A stretch of DNA of 63,504 nucleotides, the filler included, from Octopus bimaculoides (Eukaryota), in assembly GCF_001194135.2 (NCBI RefSeq). It is 4 parts of 4 records of this genome, joined end to end, with 100 filler letters (N's around TTAATTAATTAA, not from the genome) between each part and the next. Parts side by side here need not be neighbours in the genome. Positions count along the whole stretch, not along the records: positions 1 to 28,522 come from NC_068989.1; positions 28,623 to 34,473 come from NC_069007.1; positions 34,574 to 59,431 come from NC_068983.1; 1 more part is not named here. One strand, given 5' to 3'. Below are positions 25,324-36,329 of this stretch, in pieces (positions within the stretch are counted from its first letter, which is position 1; the number at the start of each line of letters is the position of its first letter). Below the pieces are notes generated by a model. The model was not told the origin of the DNA, ran no database searches, and saw only the letters and a program-made list of their open reading frames with translations. The position numbers and the translations under genes were made by a program.

Positions 25324-27029
25324 TCAATGACAGTGAAATTCTGAAACAAAAACCGATGCAATGTAGGAAACTTCATCGCTCGAAACAGGTATAAATAGAT
25401 AACATTAGCAATATACGAATGATGATACCTGACCTTAAGCCACTTGTAGACATCTTTCAATGGATGACAAATGTTAAAATATGATGGCATCATGTGGAAA
25501 GATTTCCTCTCAAGGAAATTTAATAAACTAAATCGGTATTGGGGAAAAAAATTATTTTAATATTTTATTGGAATAGTCATCTACTATGGAAACTAAAGCA
25601 TGCAAGCATCAACACTGGTCTAAACATTATTTTATATTCCACTCTAATATAACCGCGTACCATAGTATTTCGAAATTCTCTATATTACTTCTATGAATCT
25701 GGATCTAGTGAACTTCAAATAAAAAATATCCATCAGACTGATTCCGATACAAAAATAGAGAGATTAATCATAGCGTGACAAAGAAATTCGGACATCGACA
25801 GAGACAGATATCCATATTTAAATTAAAATATACATTTAAAATTGATGTGTTGTATTCAAGATATTTTATTTAACTAAATTATATGTTACAGACGACTTAA
25901 ACAGAATTCAGAACTATTAAAAGCTCTCTCAAATATTTAAAAGAAAACACGATACAATAATCATTAATATTATTTTCAAAAAAAATCATTTGTAGAACTA
26001 TTAAAAACATAATTACTGAAGAAATATAGTTTCATTCAAGTCATGATTTGATAATAATTAGATATTCAAATTGAATATTTCAATTGGTATTAGGAAATAT
26101 TTTTGTACAACAGTAAAAGTTTAGTGTACGCAGAAATGGAGATGCAGAGCCATTATTGATTACATATTCACAATAAGTAACCGTGATTTCAATTTAACAT
26201 CAAATTTCAAAGTTTACATAATAAACAGACCAATTATTTAACTCAAAGTAGCCCTAACACTCTGAAATAATGAAGTAAAAAGGGATCATTTTGTACTCGT
26301 TAATAGTTAAAAATCCTATAATCTTGAAACTTTGCAATAGTAAGAATAATTTAGCTGTACGCTTCTATTATTCTTGAAGTATAATGACGTTGTATAACAT
26401 TGCACACGTGTTATTTCTTAAATTTACACATTGAAATTGTCTGTTTTAGTCACTAATATTTTCAATACATCCTGCTATAAAATGATAATGTTTTCTTCCT
26501 TACACATTTCAATTCTATATTGTAATGAGTCTAATTCTGTATGTAGGAACTAAAAACTTAAAAGAGTTTTCTAGTCCAGTAAAGAGTAAATAAAATCGCC
26601 GGTATATATATATATATTNNNNNNNNNNNNNNNNNNNNNNNNNNNNNNNNNNNNNNNNNNNNNNNNNNNNNNNNNNNNNNNNNNNNNNNNNNNNNNNNNN
26701 NNNNNNNNNNNNNNNNNNNNNNNNNNNNNNNNNNNNNNNNNNNNNNNNNNNNNNNNNNNNNNNNNNNNNNNNNNNNNNNNNNNNNNNNNNNNNNNNNNNN
26801 NNNNNNNNNNNNNNNNNNNNNNNNNNNNNNNNNNNNNNNNNNNNNNNNNNNNNNNNNNNNNNNNNNNNNNNNNNNNNNNNNNNNNNNNNNNNNNNNNNNN
26901 NNNNNNNNNNNNNNNNNNNNNNNNNNNNNNNNNNNNNNNNNNNNNNNNNNNNNNNNNNNNNNNNNNNNNNNNNNNNNNNNNNNNNNNNNNNNNNNNNNNN
27001 NNNNNNNNNNNNNNNNNNNNNNNNNNNNN

Positions 27030-27081
<52 letters not shown>

Positions 27082-27269
27082 GAGTGGTAGCGTCGATTTG
27101 TTCGACTAAGAGACCCTTCAAAACGGTGCTTCATCATAGGAAGATATATTGGTGGTTATAGCCTCTGGTGTTTGAGGACTGTTCAGATATATTGGGCGCA
27201 AGGGTCCAGGGGCAATGGTCGGTGCGAAAACAAGTGATAATTCCAAACAATTCTATGCTATAACCACCA

Positions 27270-27542
27270 ATAGATTTTTCCATGCTGGAGCACCGCTGTG
27301 AAGGGTCTTTTACTGGGAAAAATCGAGCTCACAACTTGTTTCTTCAGTCTGGTATTCGTTCTGTCGATCATTTCTGGCGGATCGCTAACATACGAGGGCG
27401 TAAACACAACACCAACGGTTGTCGAACGATGATGAGTGGACTGACACAACAGAAACGCAAACACACTAACGTATATATAGGTGCCACGCAGGGGACAGAA
27501 CCGGGAACAATATGGTTGGGAAGAAAGTTTATTACTACACAG
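27270..27542 (-). mobile_element. SINE family 1, diverged and internally deleted copy
   Basis: Contains the reverse complement of the head (gtgccacgcaggggacagaaccggg) and tail (catgctggagcaccgc) of the 55289 copy. Confidence 0.75.
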
Positions 27543-27572
27543 AAACTTATGTATCTAAGTATATATGTATAC

Positions 27573-27629
<57 letters not shown>

Positions 27630-27640
27630 NNNNNNNNNNN

Positions 27641-27688
<48 letters not shown>

Positions 27689-27748
27689 CTATTTGTGGAT
27701 TAAGGCAAAATAAAAAAAAAAACAACCCTATCAAATATAATCTGGACA

Positions 27749-28000
27749 TTGAATGAAGGTAGAATATGCAAAGTTCAGATAGAATGGAAACTTATTGCTA
27801 AAGCCAAAAAATTCAGTGGTCTGGGTACCAAATGTGAACTCTGTATTACTGAAAAACTAGACATTATAAAATCAACAGATATCTTCCTAACATTAGAGAT
27901 GAAAGCTTCTCTCACTGCATGCACAAGCAACATTTTACTCTCAAATATTCCAAAGAAGAACCCCTATAAACTAGGGTGACCACACCAGGATAGCGTCTTT
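27749..28000 (+). mobile_element. Penelope-like element C-terminal remnant
   Basis: ORF ...IEWKLIAKAKKFSGLGTKCELCITEKLDII shares the CELCITEK motif with the 9779-10003 fragment. Confidence 0.8.
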
Positions 28001-28460
28001 CCTAAACGTAAACACAAATAGCACACAAACTTCGCACAAAAAAGAAATAAGCCCCAATGATGAAATATCTAAACGTACAAGTGCGAGGAAACCATGCCCA
28101 AAACAAAAATAATGAAAATTAAGGCAAATAAATCAACGCGAAAAAAAAATTACCCAAAACACAAATCCAAGGGAAAGAAACATCCAAAAGATGCCACTCA
28201 AGAGTAACGTCCATCGATTCGTTCATTCATTGTTTAATTTACGCAAATTTACGAGAAATCCGGTGGACGAAGCAAGACTGTTTTCTAAAATGGAGGCGAA
28301 CACCTTTCTCGAGGTTATCGGCTTGAAAAGTTAAGACACTAGGATAATTTTCTACTTTCCTTAACATAAAACAAATGGTAGTTCTAATTCACAAATAAAT
28401 TACATATCCACCAATGCGATGTTGAGCATTTATTTCATCGTTCGATAATAAATATAATAT

Positions 28461-28496
<36 letters not shown>

Positions 28497-28566
28497 GTAT
28501 ATACATATGTATAACGTGTATANNNNNNNNNNNNNNNNNNNNNNNNNNNNNNNNNNNNNNNNNNNN

Positions 28567-28578
28567 TTAATTAATTAA
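28567..28578. other. Artificial scaffold linker TTAATTAATTAA inside N blocks (also at ~34518 and ~59476)
   Basis: Identical 12-mer flanked by similar N blocks three times; it has stop codons in all six frames. Confidence 0.9.
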
Positions 28579-28647
28579 NNNNNNNNNNNNNNNNNNNNNN
28601 NNNNNNNNNNNNNNNNNNNNNNATGTATATATATATATATATATATA

Positions 28648-28812
28648 TACGACGGGCTTCTTTCAGTTTCCGTCTACCAAATCCACTCACAAGGCTTTGG
28701 TCAGCCCGAAGTTATAGTAGAAGACACTTGCTCAAGGTGCCACACAGTGGGACTAAACCTGGAACCATGTGGTTGGTAAGCAAGCTACTTACCACACAGC
28801 CACTCCTGCGCC
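28648..28812 (-). mobile_element. SINE family 1, 5' half
   Basis: Reverse complement of the head/CORE-like half of the 55289 copy; ends in (TA)n next to a gap. Confidence 0.9.
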
Positions 28813-29216
28813 TGTTAGGAATATATGCTAAATAAGATGATTTATTTGTAACATCATAATGTCATTAAACACTGTTTTGAGATTCTTTAGTGTGCCAGAA
28901 AATATGAGCAAGCATCTCTTTCTCTTATAGCATTTAGCCATTGCAGTGTCATGTAAGAATATTGTTTTTCTTTCTGTTGAAATATTGAAAATATATTACA
29001 AGTGAGAGGTCCTAAGTGTCTCAAATAAAGTGTTTGGTGTACCAACAAGGAAAATTCTAGGTAGTTACTCATCCTACTAGAAATAGTAGCTGATACTCAC
29101 TAAAATCCCATCCTGCTGTCTTAGATAAAGAAAGTACAATTTGGATCATGCAGTCATAGATATAGCATAAAAATGGTAGGATGGTTACAGCTAGGATGTT
29201 TTGATTATGGATCAGC

Positions 29217-29442
29217 TTAATCCTTTCATTACTGCATTTCTGTTGAGATGCTCTTTGTTTCTTTCAATTACTTTAAATATAAAGTATTTAGTAAAATAAC
29301 TTAGTTATCATTAAGCTAGGGTTAGGAACACAAATTGTGACTAAGGTTTGGTGGAAGATTTAAATTCAGAACTTTTGAAAACAAGACATTTGTACTACAG
29401 AGCCAGAGGCTGTTTCAGCTGGGTTGGTATCAAAAAGGTTAA
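29217..29442. mobile_element. piggyBac-type MITE copy 1
   Basis: TTAA at both ends; termini tcctttcattac / ggtatcaaaaagg form a degenerate TIR. Confidence 0.75.
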
Positions 29443-29465
29443 GAATTGTTTCTCTATTATATATT

Positions 29466-29694
29466 TTAATCCTTTTGTTACCATATTTATGTTGAAATGC
29501 TCTGTGTTTCTTTCAATTATTTTAAATATAACAAAGTATTTAGTAAAATAACTTAGTTATCATTAAGCTAGTGTTAAGAACATAAATTGTGACTAAGGTT
29601 TGGTGGAAGATTTTAATTAAAAACTTATGAAAACATGACATTTGTACTACAGAGCCAGAGCCGGTTTCAGCCAGGTTGGTAACGAAAGGGTTAA
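29466..29694. mobile_element. piggyBac-type MITE copy 2
   Basis: TTAA-tccttttgttacc ... ggtaacgaaaggg-TTAA; body homologous to copy 1. Confidence 0.85.
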
Positions 29695-29782
29695 AGAATT
29701 GATACTGAGCTAAACTAAACAACAACAACCATCAAAGTACTTGAACCACAAGAGATCCCTAGTCAGTTGGAAACAAACTTAC

Positions 29783-29932
29783 CATTCTTCACAAACTGTT
29801 TCTCTTATAATACTACCTTCGTGGTAACCAGCACCATCCATAACACAGTCAAATGGACAGGCAGCTAAGATGCAGTCCTGAGATTCTTTCATTTGCTCTG
29901 ATGTACAGTTAGAATTACTTGAAACCAGTTTC
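29783..29932 (-). CDS. Exon D (C-terminal half of TSP1 + start of next VWC-like module)
   Basis: Acceptor ttttcttttcaattgtag|G, donor TG|gtaagt; 150 nt, phase 2 to 2. Encodes (R)KLVSSNSNCTSEQMKESQDCILAACPFDCVMDGAGYHEGSIIRETVCEE; the CG+G junction gives Arg. Confidence 0.92.
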
Positions 29933-30518
29933 CTACAATTGAAAAGAAAAGTACAAAACAGTGAAAATCAAATTCAAATATCATTGATTACATCTATGCA
30001 TGCACACACACACACACACACACTTATTTGGTTTCAGAGAGAAATAGCAAAAGAAACTGATGTGAATTCTTCAAATCCAATCTATTAGTGGCACAGTGAA
30101 GGTTTGTAAGACATTTCAAAAATTCCCCACCTGAGATTCTTATGTGAATAGATGCACACATGTGGATATATGTATCAATACTTCAACCAACTCAACCACA
30201 TATTCACAAAAGCTGGGACCGCTCTTAACTCAAAAAGTCTTGTTGCTTTGTTAGTAACCAGCTTGAAATCTCTCAAGAACTTTAATAAAATTCCAAGAAA
30301 AGCATACATACATATTGATTTTTACATATTGAGTTTGGTAGAAACTCTGCCAAATCAGATTGGAGCCTGGCATAGCCATCTGGTTTGCTAGCCCTCAGTC
30401 AAATCGTCCAACCCATGCTAGCATGGAAAGCAGATGTTAAACGATGATGATAACAGAGGACATCACATAAAAAAGAAAAATTGCATTTGAATTATAATTA
30501 GAATCTTGTGGACTCATG

Positions 30519-30757
30519 AGGGTGGTGAGCTGGCAGAAACATTAGCACGCTGGGCGAAATGCTTAGTGGTATTTCATCTGCCATTACATTCTGAGTTCAA
30601 ATTCCGCTGAGGTCGACTTTGCCTTTCATCCTTTCGGGGTCGATTAAATAAGTACCAGTTATGCACTGGGGTTGATGTAATCGACTTAATCCCCTTGTCT
30701 GTCCTTGTTTGTCCCCTCTATGTTTAGTTCCTTGTGGGCAATAAAGAAATAAGAACC
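30519..30757 (+). mobile_element. tRNA-derived SINE family 2, near full length
   Basis: A-box-like gagctggcagaaac and B-box-like gagttcaaattcc; body gtcgactttgcctttcatcctttcggggtcgat recurs at several loci. Confidence 0.9.
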
Positions 30758-31039
30758 TTGTGGACTCATGGGTGCTGATGCTATGTAAAAAACACCTGTA
30801 CCAGTGCCATGTAAAACCATCCATGCTGGTGCTGCCCAAAAGTACCCTGTACAAGCATTTGATGTTAGATGCGATGTGGTCTAAGCTGGAGTAACAAGGA
30901 GGATCCTGCCTCAAACAGCAGGAAAGCAGATTAGAGATTAGCAACAGCCACAGTTTGATTTTTTGGTATAGCATACACTACCAATGGCCTGTAGGGACAC
31001 TGGATATCGTTAGGCAACCATATCATTATTCAACATCTG

Positions 31040-31560
31040 TTGTCCATGCTGGCATGGATTGGAGGATTTGACCAGAGCTGGCAAACTGGAGAGCTACACC
31101 AGGCTCCAGTCTAATTTGGTATGGTTTCTATGGCTGGATGCCCTTCCTAACGCCAACCACTTTACAGAGTGTGCTGGATATTTTTATGTGGTATCACACA
31201 AATGTTTTTACATGAGACTGGCACGAGTGTTTTTTACATGGCACCAGCAGAGAACTCTTGCAGACCAATCCTCTTCACCAGTGGCAGCAGCCTTAACACT
31301 TCTATTGTGGAGTACAAGTCTTTTTGAGTACAGCAAGGTGCCAGCATCTCAGTACTTTGTTACATGTGTTCCTGGGTCTCCCACTTTCACATGTTTCATC
31401 TATTTTGAGAGATCGCCACTTCTTTATGAAGCTGTCAGCATCCATCTACATCACATGACCACACCAATGCAGCCTTCCCTCTTGCACACTGCATCTAATT
31501 CTCTTATGCCTAACTTCTCTCTCAGTACCTTGTCCAACATGTAACTTACATTACACATTC
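31040..31560 (-). mobile_element. RTE-clade LINE 3' end remnant
   Basis: Minus translation remnants VLREKLGIREL, W.GHV..MD and GRPR.TW-like; 3' UTR ggatgcccttcctaacgccaaccac. Confidence 0.7.
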
Positions 31561-31826
31561 AGCAGAACATACTAGATTCATTCCTCTCTAACATTTGCAT
31601 GTCCTCTGCACAATATACTACAAAGTATATTAAATGTTTTTTATAAGTCAATACTGTGTTCTACTGTGTTACATCATTTGTTGAGGTTATCTCTAGAGAT
31701 TTCCTACAGAAAATTTGTAGAGATTACCTTAACAAGGATACACTTTGTGATTTTATTAATAATCCTTATCTGAGATCTTACGCTATCATTTTATACTTGA
31801 TATTTCAACTGTGAAACATTTCTTAC

Positions 31827-31902
31827 CGATATCTAGTTTGCTTTCCAGCACCGCATGATTTACTGCATGATCCCCAGCTTGTCCAATCAGAGTAGTGACA
31901 AC
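31827..31902 (-). CDS. Exon C (N-terminal half of thrombospondin type-1 repeat)
   Basis: Acceptor tgtcttttaaaag|GT, donor CG|gtaaga; 76 nt, phase 1 to 2. Encodes (C)CHYSDWTSWGSCSKSCGAGKQTRY(R), the WxxWxxCSxxCG...RxR TSP1 signature. Confidence 0.95.
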
Positions 31903-32051
31903 CTTTTAAAAGACAGGTTATAAAAAAGCCTTGTGAGTGGATTTGGTAGATGAAAACTGAAAGAAGACTGTCGTGCATGCAAAAATTTTCTCATACATAT
32001 ATGCTGTACAACACAAAGATAATAGAGTAGGAAAATTTTGTATCTACTTAC

Positions 32052-32098
32052 AATCATTTAATACTGTTTGACAAGATATTTCCCCCATTTTACATATA
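32052..32098 (-). CDS. Exon B (47-nt micro-exon; end of short VWC-like module)
   Basis: Acceptor ttttttcttttctttctag|T, donor T|gtaagt; phase 2 to 1. TG+T completes Cys, then ICKMGEISCQTVLND. Phases match exons A and C. Confidence 0.9.
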
Positions 32099-32383
32099 CT
32101 AGAAAGAAAAGAAAAAAGCAGTAAGTGAAAGACATTAGAACTATTTACCAACAACAATAGTGATTCATTTTGAACAAGGGGCCTGAATTGAGAAACCTGA
32201 AGTGCTAGAAACAACAGTCAGTTAATATAGTAACAGATGAGAGGAAAGATTCATTTGCCTTCTTTATAACTTTATTTAATTTCCCTGAGAAGAAAAGAAC
32301 TCCACACTATACACTTATTGCCCAGACACATGTACATTCATGATAAATATTTACATGTAATATTGGTTTCAAATTTTGACACA

Positions 32384-32548
32384 AGGCGCGGGAGTCGCTG
32401 TGTAGTAAGTAGCTTGCTTACCAACCACATGGTTCTGGGTTTATTCCCACTGCTTGGTACCTTGGGCAAGTGTCTTCTACTATAGTTTCGGGCTGACCAA
32501 AGTCTTGTGAGTGGATTTGGTAGACGGAAACTGAAAGAAGCCCGTCGT
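32384..32548 (+). mobile_element. SINE family 1, 5' half (intron between exons A and B)
   Basis: Matches the head of the 55289 copy; runs into (TA)n and a gap. Confidence 0.9.
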
Positions 32549-33249
32549 ATATATATATATATATATATATATNNNNNNNNNNNNNNNNNNNNNNNNNNNN
32601 NNNNNNNNNNNNNNNNNNNNNNNNNNNNNNNNNNNNNNNNNNNNNNNNNNNNNNNNNNNNNNNNNNNNNNNNNNNNNNNNNNNNNNNNNNNNNNNNNNNN
32701 NNNNNNNNNNNNNNNNNNNNNNNNNNNNNNNNNNNNNNNNNNNNNNNNNNNNNNNNNNNNNNNNNNNNNNNNNNNNNNNNNNNNNNNNNNNNNNNNNNNN
32801 NNNNNNNNNNNNNNNNNNNNNNNNNNNNNNNNNNNNNNNNNNNNNNNNNNNNNNNNNNNNNNNNNNNNNNNNNNNNNNNNNNNNNNNNNNNNNNNNNNNN
32901 NNNNNNNNNNNNNNNNNNNNNNNNNNNNNNNNNNNNNNNNNNNNNNNNNNNNNNNNNNNNNNNNNNNNNNNNNNNNNNNNNNNNNNNNNNNNNNNNNNNN
33001 NNNNNNNNNNNNNNNNNNNNNNNNNNNNNNNNNNNNNNNNNNNNNNNNNNNNNNNNNNNNNNNNNNNNNNNNNNNNNNNNNNNNNNNNNNNNNNNNNNNN
33101 NNNNNNNNNNNNNNNNNNNNNNNNNNNNNNNNNNNNNNNNNNNNNNNNNNNNNNNNNNNNNNNNNNNNNNNNNNNNNNNNNNNNNNNAATTTTGCTAATG
33201 GTTCTGCCACTTCATCACCTTATTTACATGGAATATTGAAACTGCATGT

Positions 33250-33636
33250 GGAGGCGCAATGGCCCAGTGGTTAGGGCAGAGGACTCGCAGTCATACGATC
33301 GCGGTTTCGATTTCCAGACCGGGCGTTGTGTGTGTTTATTGAGCGAAAACACCCAAAGTTCCACAAGGCTCCGGCAGGGGATATTGGCAAACCCTGCTGT
33401 ACTCTTTCACCACAACTTTCTCTCACTCTTACTTCCTGTTTCCGTTGTGCCTGTAATTCAAAGGGTCAGCCTTGTCACACTGGGTCACGTTGAATGTCCC
33501 CCGAGAATTACGTTAAGGGTACACGTGCCAGTGGAGTGCTTAGCCACTTGCACGTTAATTTCACGAGTAGGCTGTTCCGTTGATAGGATCAACTGAAACC
33601 CTCGACGTCGTAAGCGATGGAGTGCCAACAACAACA
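33250..33636 (+). mobile_element. tRNA-derived SINE family 3, full length
   Basis: Head ggaggcgcaatggcccagtggttagg with B-box-like ggtttcgattt and (caa)n tail; second copy at 47960. Confidence 0.9.
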
Positions 33637-33918
33637 TGACCACCTGATTTACAATATGGATGACTAGACCATAACCCACACTACCAGATATTTTAAGCTT
33701 CTCAGATGTGTGAACCACCATATTAAAAATGGTTAGATTTATGTTAAAGACAATTTAGACATTATCATGAGCAGATTAAATGGATATACAAGAGTTTTTT
33801 TTACTGGCTTTTTGAATCGCAGACGAGGAAGATTGGCAAATAAATACATTCAATGAAAAATTTCACGACAACGAAGCAATTTTATTTAATAAATATAGCA
33901 ATAATGACCATTCCATAC

Positions 33919-34171
33919 CATTTCTGACAGTTTGGGGAATAATTAGTTTCAAAATTATTCAGGACAACTTTTCCTTCTGAGTCATAGCAAGGACATTGTG
34001 AAATTTTAACACAAGAACCAAAGTAAAGAACATGGCCCTCGGGACAGCTGCATCCTGGCAGACAGACGTCTGTATCACCGCAGGAGTGATTCCTCAGTTG
34101 GTAAGACATGCAGGTTTGTTCACATTGCGTAGCACATTTGACCCAAACGAAAGGATGGACACATTCTTTAT
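33919..34171 (-). CDS. Exon A of SCO-spondin/hemocytin-like cysteine-rich extracellular protein (TIL domain + start of VWC-like module)
   Basis: Minus strand: acceptor tctctcttttcctgcag|AT, donor TG|gtatgg; 253 nt, phase 1 to 2. Encodes KECVHPFVWVKCATQCEQTCMSYQLRNHSCGDTDVCLPGCSCPEGHVLYFGSCVKISQCPCYDSEGKVVLNNFETNYSPNCQK, with TIL-type Cys spacing. Confidence 0.93.
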
Positions 34172-34187
34172 CTGCAGGAAAAGAGAG

Positions 34188-34222
<35 letters not shown>

Positions 34223-34423
34223 CAGGGGAAAAAAATTGAGAAGTAATTTTATCAACAACCAGTTAGAGTTATTACATGGTACTACAGTATAGAATATACA
34301 CATCATATAATAACCACGGTCACAACTACTACTACAACCAACAAAAAATGCTCCCACGTGGACTGTTGACACCAGTAAGGAACAATTATGAACTTTTCAT
34401 TTAATTTCATTTTTTTAAATATG

Positions 34424-34473
34424 TATTTTTGATAAGGTTCGTTTTTTCAAGAACCGAAACATGTTAAAAATAT
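34424..34473 (+). ncRNA. Degenerate minimal hammerhead-like motif
   Basis: ttgataa-ggttc-(10 nt)-gaacc-gaaa-catgt-t: 5-bp stem II, GAAA and palindromic ACATGT, with T-rich and A-rich flanks. Core has two substitutions. Confidence 0.4.
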
Positions 34474-34711
34474 NNNNNNNNNNNNNNNNNNNNNNNNNNN
34501 NNNNNNNNNNNNNNNNNTTAATTAATTAANNNNNNNNNNNNNNNNNNNNNNNNNNNNNNNNNNNNNNNNNNNNATTCGGTAATTTTAAATGTCTTGCCCG
34601 CTTACGCTTTGGTATTCCGCTGAATTTCGTTTTGAGAACAATTTAGGTCTTAGTAGACACAAGCTGTGATTTATTTCTAGCACATTAAATGTCCACGTTA
34701 GTGGTCAACGT

Positions 34712-34825
<114 letters not shown>

Positions 34826-35271
34826 TTTACATGCTTACATGCATACACACACATATTTTGGAGAGAATATATTGAAGCAAAAATATCATATTCCTTTATT
34901 TCATCTATTAAACGTGTTTCTGCTTTCGATAATCGCTTTGTATCTCTGAGGTATTTACATATTTTGCGATTCGTATTTCGACTCTCTCCGAGATCGGTTT
35001 GGTGTGACGAAGTGTTCTTTACAAATCGCATTTAAAATTTCCGTCATCGATTATCAAACGCAGAAATATGAGCAACAGATTAAATAAAGAAATACCAATT
35101 TCATACGTTTTTTCTTTAATAATAGAAGTACTATTTATAATGCGTAATAGTACAATGTTAGTCGCATAGAACTCTACTTGATCACGCTGCCTAGTGTGGT
35201 TAACGTGAACACTATTAAGAGTCAATAAGATAATTTTGTCCTGCCTCAATTGCATCCATTTGTGTGTGCGT

Positions 35272-35321
<50 letters not shown>

Positions 35322-35905
35322 ATATCTGTGTGTCTGTTCGTGTGCACACACACACGCAAAGGAATAGTTGAGAGTGATTTTGAGGTTTCTGTAGCCGTAG
35401 AGTAAAACAAGCATAATTTGTAGATACATAGAAACTGAATTAAGAGAATTTTTACTGACTGGAGTAAGGCAGTCTGTGGAGCTCAAATTTGATTTTGTGT
35501 AGGCGAAAAGTTCAGCAGTTGTAGGGTTTCATAGGAGCCAAGACAAAATGGTGCAGACAATTTTAGAATGGGAGTCAATAGCACTGAGTGTTAATTTATA
35601 AACAAAATTAAGGCGTGTAATGAACGCTCGAGGTGGTGGAGAGGGCACAGTTTATAGTATATGTGAGGAAGCACGTGCACACACGCACCCACACCACACA
35701 AAAACACACACATGCTTGCATATATACACGCATAAATATATAATGCAATAGTCCATTCAAACACACACAAATCTATATATGTAGATAGATACATGTGTGT
35801 GCTTGCAAATGAATGAAGTATTTTTTAAGTATGTATGTAACCACACACATACATGCGAGAGCGCACACGCACACACACATACGCACGCACGCACACACAC
35901 ACACA

Positions 35906-35945
<40 letters not shown>

Positions 35946-36329
35946 TACACATGAACCAGAATGCTGAAACCATAGGTTTTAAGTTGCCCATTAACGTATT
36001 TCTCAACCAGAAATGCCTTGACTGAGTCACTTCCAAAATACCATTTAATTAAATATCAGTCCAAACATATCTGACCAAACCATCGTTTATTGCCAACAGA
36101 AAACCTATGGTCTCAGTAGAAATAATTATTAATGACGTCATAATTTTGATTGGCAAAATCATTAGTCTATGTGCGTATATGCGTGTGTGTATGTTTTATA
36201 ATTGCATACATTCTTATGTATGTATATGCATATGTGTTCGTGTTTGTGCCTATCTGTATGCGTGTCTTTGCGTTTGGTATTTCAGTCCCCTTCAAATATT
36301 TTACAGTTGTGTGTGTTTGTGTGCGTGAT

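Noticed and set aside
28887-28975. Minus-strand acceptor-like site after exon D
   Set aside because: It would join as TG+A (stop), and the downstream sequence is not Cys-rich.
33250-33330. tRNA-like sequences here and at 47960, 55289, 30519 and ~38130
   Set aside because: SINE heads that continue into SINE bodies without a complete cloverleaf; not called as tRNA genes.
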